From Geosiphon pyriformis uo1 (lineage: Eukaryota; Fungi; Glomeromycota): DNA of 64,000 nt. The position numbers and the translations under genes are program-made. The stretch's first letter is position 1; each line of letters opens with the position of its first letter. Of this stretch, positions 53,501-64,000 are shown piece by piece. Location: the NCBI GenBank assembly GCA_016748015.1, contig JAAOMT010000213.1:216485-280484 (forward strand), written 5' to 3'. The notes under the pieces are model-generated. The model made no database searches. It was given only the letters and a program-made list of their open reading frames with translations, and was not told where the DNA came from.

Positions 53501-54144
53501 TGTTGCCTAGATTGGCCTGAGTGGCTAGTCACATATAGCAAATGCGTAAGCCACATTTAATTAGATTCACTTAGCTTGTATCTGTATATTAGATAGTGGT
53601 TGAACTACACTCGTTAAATGAAATATAAAAAAAAAATGCTGTTGTTAATTTAAGAACTTTTTTTCTGTTATTGTTGTTTTTAATAATTGGTTTATGTTAA
53701 TAAAAAAAGACAATATTCAAAATATTTTCTTTTTTAACCAAAAAAAATAAAAATTTTATTGTAAAAATTAGAAAAACATTAAAAATTATTAACTTTCTAT
53801 ATTTTTAAATTAGAAAAACATATTAAGTAATTGTAAGAATAGTCTTAAAAAAAATCTTAATACAGCAAATAAATTTCAGTTTAGTCTTTGAAAAAAAGTA
53901 TATAAATATATATAATAATTAGAAATTAAAAAATAATTTATATTATAATATCAAAGAAAAAGCTTTTAGTATAAAATCAGTATTATTATATAAATAAAAT
54001 TAAAAAATTTATAAAAAACTGATTGCAATTAAAACAGAAAAATTAATATTTAATATACCAAGAAAATTATTTTATAATAGTAGTTTCTAATTTAATATTT
54101 AATTATATTTTAAATTAAATTGGTCTTAATTAATTTTTTGTTTA

Positions 54145-54520
54145 AATTATTGTCTGGTTTTGTTAAATTTAAGTTAGTTTTAAAAAACAGTATTAAGTTG
54201 TTTTGTATGAACTTTGTTTTCAAGTTTTCTTTAGTTATTGTTATTAAAATTATTATTATTAATTATTTTTTTTGATTATATTTAAAATTGCAAAATTTTT
54301 TGTGATGGCTTTTGGTTTCTTTTTTTTTTACTTTTGTTGTATTTTATAATATTTTTTTTAACATATTTTTTAATAATATTAAAAATGTTTTAAGTATTTT
54401 TGGTGTTATTATTTTAATTAAATTAATATTTGTTAATATGTAATAATATATTGTTATTTATTTCAAAAAAAATTTCTTGTTGTTACTGTTTTTAATAATT
54501 GATTTATGCTAATTAAAAAA
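54145..54520 (+). repeat. Direct repeat of the sequence interrupted by LINE copy 4 (46495-46810 plus 53646-53705)
   Basis: Long shared strings such as ttttgttgtattttataat...ttttaacatattttttaataatattaaaaatgtttt; the copy continues across the insertion point. Confidence 0.85.
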
Positions 54521-57500
54521 ATAAGATTAAAATTTTTTTTTTATTATCTTTAAATTTTTGAATATCTTAAATTTTGGTATTCTAAAAACTAGTATTTTAC
54601 ATAAGAATTGTATTTTATAAACAATTTTTAAATATTGTTACTACTATAAGTATTAGAATTTAAATTATTTAACTATAAATTATAAAGTACTTTTATTATT
54701 GTTTCTTAAATTTGTTTTTAAGTTCACTAATAGTTTTATTGCTTTTTTTATTTTTATTAATACAAATTTTATATTAAAGTTGTTGTTTTTATAATTTTTT
54801 TTTGTTACTTTTTTTGTTGTTTTTATTATTGTTTTTAAAATTAAATTTAGATTAAATTCTTTAAAATTTCAGATCTTAAATTTGGCTTTTTTAATTAAGT
54901 TTGTTGTTAAATTAATTAGTTTATTAATTATATTAGTTATTATTCTTTTGAATACTTTTTTTGTTGTATATATAGAATTTAAAAATATGGTTATAACTGT
55001 TTAAAATAAAATATCTACTTTTGATAAAATTTTAAACAAGGTTAATATTAAAAAAATTAAAATTAAAACTAATATAATATTAAAATTAACTTAATAAATA
55101 ATATTAATAATATGTTAAATAAAAATATTTATTTTTAGTTAATAGCTCTTTAAAAACATTAATTTTTTAAAATTAAGTAAGTTCAGATAAAATTGTTAAA
55201 TAATTAAGTAATTTAATTATAAATAATAATTTTTTAATTGTAATTATGTATAAATATTTTTTCAAAATAGATTTTCTTTTTAAATTCAATATAATTTGGC
55301 TTAAATTAAATTTATATCTAGTTATATATAAAAAATATGTAAATCATACTTAATTTAAGATATTTAGATTTTTGTATTATTAAGTTGTAATTGAATTTAT
55401 ATGCTAAATAAATAAATAAAAAATATATATATTTTGTAACTAATTATAATTTTATAAATAAATTTAACCAATTTAATTATTAAAGTTTTTATATTATTAA
55501 ATATTAACAAAATTTTATTAACTTAATTTTTAAATATATTATTTTTATTTATTATAATATTTATTAATATTCAAAAACAAAAACTAAAACACAAAAAAAA
55601 TACTTGAATTTACACCAATTAAAAATTATTAAAATAGTTTAAATTTAGCTTGTTATTAAATATTATTTTAATAAAATACCAAAATTACCAAAAATTATTT
55701 TATTATTAGTTTAATTGCTTTTTGGTAATTTACTTTGTTTTTTGTGCTTTTAGTAGAAATTGATTATTATTCCTTAAATAAAATTTTAAGCTGGTTTTTG
55801 CTTAAAAACAAATAATAATAACTTTATAATTTTTTTTGCTTTATAAATATTTTTTATAACTCTTATTTTTTTTTTTTTATGTATATATTGAAATAAACCT
55901 ATATAATTAATATTAAACTTATATTATTAGTAATAATATTAATATTTAATAATAATACTTAAATTTATAATATTATAAAATAATAATATTTTTTTGGTTT
56001 TATATATTAAATTAAAAAAAATGTTTATAATTTATAAAAATGTTGTTTTTAAAAAAGTTATTAATAAAATAAGTAAAAAATTGGTAAACTTAAAACAAAA
56101 TATAAAATTAAAAATAATAAAATATAAGTGTTTTAAATAATAAAATTAATAAAAAAATATTTGCTTTTTAAAAGTATTAAATACTTAATATTAGATTATA
56201 TACAAATAAAATTGCCAAATAAATAAATAATATAATTAAAAATAGTTGTATATTAGATATTTATATAATAAAATGTTTTTTCAAAATAATTTTTTTATTA
56301 AATTTAATATAGTCTTAGCTTAAACTGAATTTATGTTTAATTTATATGTAAGTTATATTTATTTTGAAACTTATTTTATATTGTAATAGATAATAATTAA
56401 ACTTAGCATATTAAAAAAATTGTTACAGTATTTAATATAATATAGTATTAATATAAATTTAAATAATTGGCTACATATAATTTAAATCTAATATGTATTA
56501 TTTTTGTTATATATTATTAGATTATAATTAATTAACACAATTAAAATAAGTTGATTTTTTTAATAAATAAAACCTAATAAAAACAAATTTAATGCAAAAA
56601 TAAAAAATTTTAGTAAATTTGTAATAAATCTATATTTTTTTAAATATAATAAAATAGATAAGTATTATAAGCTTTTAATAGATGTAAATTTTAAATTCTA
56701 ATGTAATTACATGTTATGTTTGATTAAATAATCGACTAAAATTAAGCCCATTTATATACTATTCATGTTGAATTCGTACCAAATATTAAGCCCAAAACAT
56801 CATAATTATACTAATTTCACAAAATTCAAGCTTTGCACGTGAATATCTGCTGTGAATATATTCTTCCTTTTAACGATCAAGAATATTGTAAGCCAATAAT
56901 TATCTATATTTAAGCCGCACAAGACTAATATTTTAACGAGAATCTATGAGATTTAAATGGAAAGAAACAACCCACATAATTCTCAAATAAATTAATCCCC
57001 TCATCTTATTTTTGCCTCATACTCTGTTGTCAGCATCTAGTTGAGATAGGTTCATTAAATATATCCGCAACATTTTTTAACTTATAAAAAATTGAATGAT
57101 TTAGTCTCCCAATGATAATCAACGCATCAAGAAACCAACAAAAACAAGATTAAAGAAATTTATACGATTCTCTGTCAGGTGAAGGAGGCCAGAGGCTCTG
57201 AACGCGTGTTCCGATGATCCGCCGTGGGTAGGAGCAAGAAAAAATGTGTTCAAGTGCCTTTGAGAGTTTAGGTGCTTTTGTTTTTGTTTAGTTTTGTCGC
57301 ATAAGAAATAAAAACAAACAGAAAAACAAAAAGGAAAACTTTTTTCTTTGCTGCTTAGTCGGAATTTTTGACTTTGCTCATCTCTAAAAAGAGAGAAAAA
57401 ACTGTCAAGTAAGTAGCGTGCGCAGCCGCGCACCGTTTTTTACACCCAATGACCACTCGCCACCCCCATTTCTCTTGATTGAATAGTTTGATTCGAAACG

Positions 57501-57577
57501 AACAACAAGAATCGCTTATCAAACAACCCAGCCATTTAATAGAACTCGATAATAAATAAGATTAGAACTTTTTTATG

Positions 57578-59963
57578 TTATTTACCAACCTCACTGTCAT
57601 ATGATTCCGGTGGCGGCACTGCATGATAAGATGATGAATTATGCTTCTTCTCTTCATAAAAGGTAGTAGATGCCGAAGCAATAGCACCACTTGGTGTTGA
57701 AGAGGCAGATTGTGATGCAGATGTTGGTGATTGTGGAGTACCAGTTGTTGTATATCCAGCAGAATTTGCATAAGGCGCTGTTCCATAGCCAGTTGTGGTA
57801 GCTTGATACCCCGAATAACCATAATAATAACTGTTGGGATCAGTTGTTACAGTTGTTTGAGCCTGATTCTGTGGATAATAGTTGGTATACTGTGGATATT
57901 GATAGTATCTTGATTGGTTATATGGATTATATGGGTTATAAGCGGTGTTATTGGTTGTTGAAGCGGCAGAAGCAGTACCGTATGCGGTGCTCGAGTTTAC
58001 ACTGTATTGAGCCGAGTTGGCACCAGTATAAGGAGTAGGATTACTAGCATTGTAAGAATTAGTGCCATTAGATGGAGGTGGCGGCGATTGTGTAGTAGGA
58101 GTTGTTGGGTTAGAAATTGAAGAGTTGGATGGTGGGGGAGGTGGAGGCGGATATGAAGGAAGGGGTGGTTGAGATGATGTGGTAGGAGGAAGAGGTGGTG
58201 GCGGTGGTAATGGTGGATTACCGCTAATTGGAGGTGGTGGACCAGTAGGCAAGGGTGGATTCGCGGGAGGTGGGGGATATCCCTATTATAAAGGTATGTA
58301 AAAGTAATTAGATTAATACAGCCTAATGATCCTGAATGCTATTTAATCTATTTCATACCCCTCCAGGTGGTGGTGGAGGCCCGTAAGCTGGTGGTCTGGG
58401 ATACGGTGAACGTCCATAGGGAGGAAATACCGCTTGCTGTGCTCTATGTCGTTCCCATTCAGTTTTAACTGTATTTATAAGATCTTCACATAATTCTTTC
58501 GCCCTTTCTAGACCTTCTTGACTCCAACATCTTACGTCAGAAAGAGTGGATCAATATTAGCGAAATATTCAAGAATATAAGGTCATCTGTTACAGACATA
58601 CGTGATATGTATATGTAGGGGTTCAAAAGCTTCTGCCCCGGAGGTCGGCTCAATATATCCAGAACCTCGGCCTTTCAACTGAACTTTGGCAGTTGTTTCT
58701 TGTTGTATATGTTTTACAAAGGCCCCTTGAGGTCCGACTATTTTGGCTCGAGGATTAAAGCTACGGTCTGGTTCTATTCCAACAAAGACTTTATCCTGAA
58801 AAAATTGACGCTAATATTCAATGTTTAAAAAAGTAATATCGTCTTATTAGTTGTCATGCCTGAGAAAAACAAAAGTGAAATAAGAAATCCAAAATACAAA
58901 CCCCGCCTGAACTCGACACAGGTCCTTGACGAGGTGAGGCAACAGGAGGTGCGGGGACAAAAGATTGTTCCATTAATTCTTCGATTTTCCTGACAGCTTC
59001 ATCCAGCGATTCTTGAGTTGGAGCTGATACATGCAAAAAAAGTGGTGGATCTTTTTCAGTTGCGAGACTTTTATCAGGATAATATTTTCCACGTGTAGTC
59101 ACATCTGAAATAAGGCATTAGAGTGTCATATCATAAATCAGTATCACGAATTCATGAGCAGTTTAACGACGAAATATTTTAAATGCATACCTGCGCCTGT
59201 TTCTTTGTGTATCTAAATAAATTATCCCAAGTTAATTCATACAGAGACATATTAAAATTACTTTGAAGATCTATGTTCTTGCCTGTTGTTGTGTGGCTCC
59301 TTTCGTCAGCAAATATCTGTTTTTACAATCGTTGATTATAATGTCTTTCAAAAATTCCATATCGGACTCTTTGACACCAGATGGGGTAAGTTTCCCATCC
59401 TAAGTATTTGTAAATAAATATATAATTATAAGAATGAATTTGGACTAGATATTCCAAATATGAATTTGTTGATTACCTCAAGACTTCCGTTTTCTCTCCC
59501 TTCCGTTTTCACGCCAGCTTGAGCAGATAGTTTGAGAGCAGTGATAGGAGGCTTTATTGGTACTTGAATTCCTTTTGCTGCTAGCATTGCATTAATCTTT
59601 GCAGCCGCTACAGCTGTAATGTTTAATTTTAACAGGGGTTGATGAAACTTGTATTATAACAATAGATCTTGTTTCGAGAAAAATGCATACCTGCTGCGAT
59701 GTTGGGATCGAGAGTATCAGAGTTAGACGGCGTTGGAGAAAGTGGTCCAGAACCAGATGCATCATTGATGGTTTCAAACTTAAGCTGTTTAGAAGTAGGT
59801 TGGGAAGCATCAGTAGCGGAAGGTGGGGCTTCTTTGCCTTGATCATCGAGGTCCCATTTACGCTTTCGACTAAATCAGTTATAGGAAGGGGAATTAGGTA
59901 GAATAGGGAACAAATTCGTGGTTAGGTGAACAGCTTAACCTACTTTTTATTTTGATTGGGCAT
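57578..59963 (-). CDS. KHDC4: KH-domain splicing-associated protein KHDC4/BLOM7 (KIAA0907 family), multi-exon, with Pro/Tyr-rich tail
   Basis: Spliced product includes RKRKWD, DIYINDCKNRYLLTKGATQQQIHKETGADVTTRGKYYPDK, AKIVGPQGAFVKHIQQET, VQLKGRGSGYIEPTSG..EPLHIHIT. Confidence 0.88.
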
Positions 59964-60207
59964 TTCGTAGAAAGCAATATTTTCTGGTAAGAAAAATCGC
60001 AGAGAAGTTGCCTCGGAAATGGGAAGATGTGTCACACGATGAAAGAAGCAAAAAGATGTTTCAAATATTTTGGTTGTAGTACAAGTATTAAAAACACGTG
60101 CTATTCAAAGTCCCAACACACAATACGTTATCCGATGTCACGAGATAACATACGAATTCACACACCAATTTTTTTGCTATTTGACCTTGACACAATACTT
60201 CTTTAAC
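59964..60207. promoter_or_regulatory. Putative bidirectional promoter between KHDC4 and SmG
   Basis: Divergent ATGs 244 bp apart; CpG-retaining; contains CACGTG. Confidence 0.5.
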
Positions 60208-60589
60208 ATGTCAAGAGCCTCTCAACCAGAATTGAAAAAGTATAAACAACCTTTCATATTAAATCTTATATTCATTAATTTATACGATAAAATAATTTGT
60301 TTTTAATTAAAATGTCAATATTGATAGATACATGGAAAAGCACTTGTTCATTCAATTAAATGGTGGGCGAAAAGTGACAGGTATTCTTCGTGGATTTGAT
60401 CCATTTATGAATTTGGTCCTGGATGAAACGGTGGAGGAAGTCACTGCAACAGAAAAACATAATATTGGAATGGTGGTACGGAAAATTTTTTCATATTATT
60501 GATTAAATTGACATCTTATAATTTTATTTTAAAATTAGGTCATTCGAGGAAATTCTGTCGTAATTATGGAGGCTCTAGAAAAAATTTGA
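60208..60589 (+). CDS. SNRPG: Small nuclear ribonucleoprotein Sm G (3 exons)
   Basis: Spliced product [47 protein letters not shown]...[20 protein letters not shown]; two GT-AG introns. Confidence 0.95.
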
Positions 60590-60750
60590 TTATTTGTGGC
60601 AAAAGAAAGCGATGATAGGCTTAATAAAAATGTGAACTATCTCAAATATTGATTTGTTATTATTTGAGAGATCGGTTATAAGCAGATTATGGTGACCGGG
60701 TATAAATTCACCAGCCACAAACATCGCCGACATAGTCTTGAACAAAAAAG

Positions 60751-62091
60751 TTATAAATCTGGATATTTGAATTTAAAATAATCTGAATCGAAATGATGTA
60801 CACGAACATAACCATCCTCCCCTCCTGAAGAAAAGCTTTTCCCATCAGGATGTACCGATATTGTATTGATAGGACCAAAATGTCCTTTGACTCGACCAAC
60901 TTCTTCCTCCAAAATTTTATGCCAAAATCTGCATTCAAATTTTCCTTGTCGTGCTCCGGTAGTTGTAACCTGCATGGCATCTTGCCCTCCTCCCAGTATT
61001 ACAAAATCTTGGACGGGAGTAATGGCCGCAGAGTTAAGAGGAGCATCGGTGACGTACTTTTTAAGAGGACTGAGCGTATTCGATTCAAAAATTTGTGCAG
61101 ATTTATCCTTCGATGATGTGATAAAATATGTTCGATCTTCTGACATTTGAAGATCGGTAATTTCAGCAGTATGTGGATGAATTGATTGAATTAAATCACC
61201 ATTCTGAAAATGCAAAATACTTATTAGATCCATGACATTCAAAATGTAGAATTCGAACATTATGGGGATTTTTTTAATACCTTCCAATCATATTGTGATA
61301 TAGTGCCGTTCTCATGTCCAGTGATTATATATTTGTTTAAATAACCCCAATCTGCCACCATCACCTTAGATCCTTCCGGATAAATTACAACAATAGGTTC
61401 CTCTAATTCTAAAGGATCGAAAACATAAGACTAAGATTATAAATCAAAAAATAAATAAATAGTTTCCTACGTTGGGCATTAAGATCAGAGTCGATTGATA
61501 AAATCACCACAGTGCCAGGAAAACCCATGCGTGGTTCAGTCACTGCGAGTGCCATTGAGTCATCTTCTGAGAAAGCGATTCTTCTAACTGCGGTCTTAAA
61601 TTCCCAAGTATGTAAGCATTTGCCAGTTTGGACATTCCAAAGCTTTGCACTATTGTCTGCGGACCCTGTTAAAGCTAGTGTACTCATAGCTTTAATGATG
61701 ACACGAGAGAAGATTAGATTGTTAAAGAAAATAAGAGGAGCTTCATGGTAATGTCCCTTGGGCAAATTTATCAAGGATGGCAGTTAGTATTCAATCGAAT
61801 GATGTTAACGAAATGGTTCACAAAAGTACGTAGGATACAGTTTACGGCCACAGTCCAAATAGCCCCGTTATGCCCATTATAAGTGCCTAATCGTTCGCCA
61901 TTATGAGAGTACCAAACATTTACAACGTGATCCTTAGAAACAGAGAATAAAAGGTCCCCTTCGATGTTGTATTTTATTTGTGTGAGAGATCGCGTGTGCC
62001 CTTGTAGTAAAATGGGTCTCTGTTGGGTTAAAATATGGTGAGTAAAAGAAACCCAAATTTCAAATTCTTCTGCAAAGCTTTTTTTTACCAT
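60751..62091 (-). CDS. EIF3I: Translation initiation factor eIF3 subunit i (WD40; yeast TIF34), first exon is ATG only
   Basis: M|[30 protein letters not shown]...[37 protein letters not shown]. Confidence 0.97.
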
Positions 62092-62310
62092 TATTGAAGT
62101 TAAATTCTCTTATTCCAAAGGTCAAATCATATTTTTTCTGTTAAATATACATTTTGTTGTTACACAATTCGCGTATTCCAATGATAATCTATTCACCTGA
62201 TTTTAGAATTTTGAAAGTATCGAATGCATTTTTGCCTTTGTCCTTTCTTTTTTCTTTTTAACCGTTTTACAAAAAAACCCTCTTAAAGTTTTTGGCTTTT
62301 TGTCGTAAAA
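62092..62310. promoter_or_regulatory. Putative bidirectional promoter between eIF3i and LSM6
   Basis: Divergent ATGs 219 bp apart. Confidence 0.5.
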
Positions 62311-62762
62311 ATGTCACAGCCAGGTCCACCGCAATCAACTTCAACCCAACAACACCATCAGCAAGAAAGATCACCCACAGATTTTTTAAATAATGTAATT
62401 GGGCGACCAGTTGTAGTAAAACTAAACTCTGGCGTTGACTATCGAGGTAAACATTCTAATTTTTTTGATCGATTTTCATTCACGTTGAGCATTACTTATT
62501 CGTGTATATCGTTCTTTCTTGCCTAGGCATCCTTTCATGCCTTGATGGCTATATGAACATTGCCCTAGAACAGACTGAAGAGTGGGTGAATGGTCAACTC
62601 AAAAATAAGTATGGAGACGCGTTTATTCGTGGAAATAATGGTATTTTATTATTTATTTTCTATATTTATACAAGACTCTAGTATAAGAAGACGCTTTATT
62701 TTTTTTTATATTTTTGTTCATTGACAGTATTATATATTAGCGCGGATAAGAGGCGAGATTAA
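62311..62762 (+). CDS. LSM6: U6 snRNA-associated Sm-like protein Lsm6 (3 exons)
   Basis: SPTDFLNNVIGRPVVVKLNSGVDYRG|ILSCLDGYMNIALEQTEEWVNGQLKNKYGDAFIRGNN|VLYIS. Confidence 0.96.
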
Positions 62763-64000
62763 TAATGCATTTAGAACTGGAAATGAAAGAATAACTTCTA
62801 AATATAATTTTTCACTCAAGAGGTTTATAGAAATCCCACAATATTTGTTTGTCGCATTTCGATAATCTCCACCACTTCGATCATAATTTATATCCTATAC
62901 ACGTAATTGGCAAGAGACGTCTATTCAAAATTTTAATTATACCTATAGAAGATTAAAACACTTAGAGATAAGTCAAAGTAGTTTTGATGTAACCCCCAGT
63001 ATTGGAGAAAGTCCGGATAATTTGGATGGCAAAAACAGTTTTTAGAAAATAAATTCTCATGTGCTTCATAAGTGACAGGTTAATATTGGTAAACTGAGTT
63101 TATTTTTGCGTTTTTTTTTTTGATATCCGAGATTCTCAAAATGGGCAAGCAATTGTAACTGGGCATCACTAAACAACTACCCGCGAACTGAACGTTCTCA
63201 CGAAGAAGTTTCCAGGAGGCAGTCCCGGTCACAATTGTGTACCACTCATGAAGTTACCTCTCAAGCTTAGCCTTTCGTTTGTTCCACATCTGGCAGTTTA
63301 AATTGAAATCTTTTGGCAAGAGACAATATCAGATCTAAATCCTCACATCATCAAATATCAAAAGAATTTTATTGTATTTCTCTTTAAGTCTCATCCTTGC
63401 TGCATCGGCTGATACTTTCTAGAAAGCGTAAATACGAACATCCATCAAGCGCTAAGACTAGTTTATGGAAAGTATGTATACCCCTTAAAAAATGGCAAGC
63501 TCCAAACAGTCAACTCATTAATTTATGTTCACACAGAATTTCAGCTTGGACGATAAAGGGAGTGATTACGGCAAAGGGATATGTGAAAAAGATGAGGGTG
63601 AAAGTGAAGATAAATGTGCTTAAGCCATCAATCCTGCTAAGGTTTGTACCGGTGCCTTGAAACATCCTCAATGAATTCTTGAAGAGTCTCTTTGTCTTCA
63701 ATGTCTCACGTAATTATACTGCTGATCATTATTATTCTAATTATTCTTCATCACATCAGCTTTGTTTCAGCAGCTATTTCGGCGTTGAACGACCTTCCTT
63801 TTGTTTCCCGTTCCAGTTACTGCAGCTGAAATCATTAGGGCACACATCGGAAATCAATGTTTTCTTGAAGTGCTTGGTAGAGGGTTGCCCATATCTGCCT
63901 TTTTAGTCGTCAGGACGACATCGTGCGAAAGGGGAGTTAAAACAAATCATCCATACAACATATTGAAAGCTGTCATTCATCCGACCTACAAATTTCACTC

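Larger units (their letters stand above)
46811..53635 (+). mobile_element. Full-length LINE copy 4, the least decayed copy
   Basis: Poly(A) tail ending ~53635; TSD ATGCTGTTGT at 46801-46810 and 53636-53645. Confidence 0.96.

Noticed and set aside
1160-53635. All four LINEs on the same strand
   Set aside because: With four copies the chance probability is 1 in 8, which is not significant.
55255-56360. Possible ~100-bp direct repeat (55255-55350 vs 56280-56360) as LTRs of a mini-element
   Set aside because: Similarity is visible but lies in extremely AT-rich DNA; no termini, TSD or internal features could be established.
57119-57433. 104-aa minus-strand ORF, and a U6-like ACAGAGA box at ~57168
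   Set aside because: The ORF has no recognisable protein features, and the flanking U6 sequence is absent.
62950-64000. CpG-retaining sequence with short ORFs (63397..63660, 63510..63701, 63679..63906)
   Set aside because: No recognisable protein or consistent exon chain could be built; left unannotated as a possible UTR, pseudogene or gene extending beyond the window.

Overview
This is a eukaryotic, intron-rich, very AT-rich fungal window. The TE families and intron style suggest Glomeromycotina, possibly Geosiphon-like; that assignment is inference. There are two CpG-retaining gene islands. The first is URB2/NPA2 (16.1-22.2 kb, minus strand). The second is a compact KHDC4 / SmG / eIF3i / LSM6 cluster (57.6-62.8 kb). 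The rest is repeats: four full-length ~6.8 kb LINEs (ORF1 RRM+CCHC; ORF2 APE-RT-RNaseH-zinc finger), one complete Ty3/gypsy element (two LTRs, PBS, PPT, ATAT TSD, extra ORF in the env position), older Ty3 relics and nearly pure A/T deserts. Main signals: (1) repeat-restricted, two-stranded C:G->T:A hypermutation not confined to CpG or CpA (RIP-like), seen at several stages of decay; (2) the four LINEs form all four combinations of two ORF1 N-terminal types and two ORF2/3'UTR types, around a conserved ATGA stop/start junction, with conserved terminal RNA structures; (3) accessory domains and an extra ORF in the Ty3 element; (4) a probable U12-type intron in eIF3i with a second acceptor that would create a premature stop. 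All alignments and counts were made by eye.
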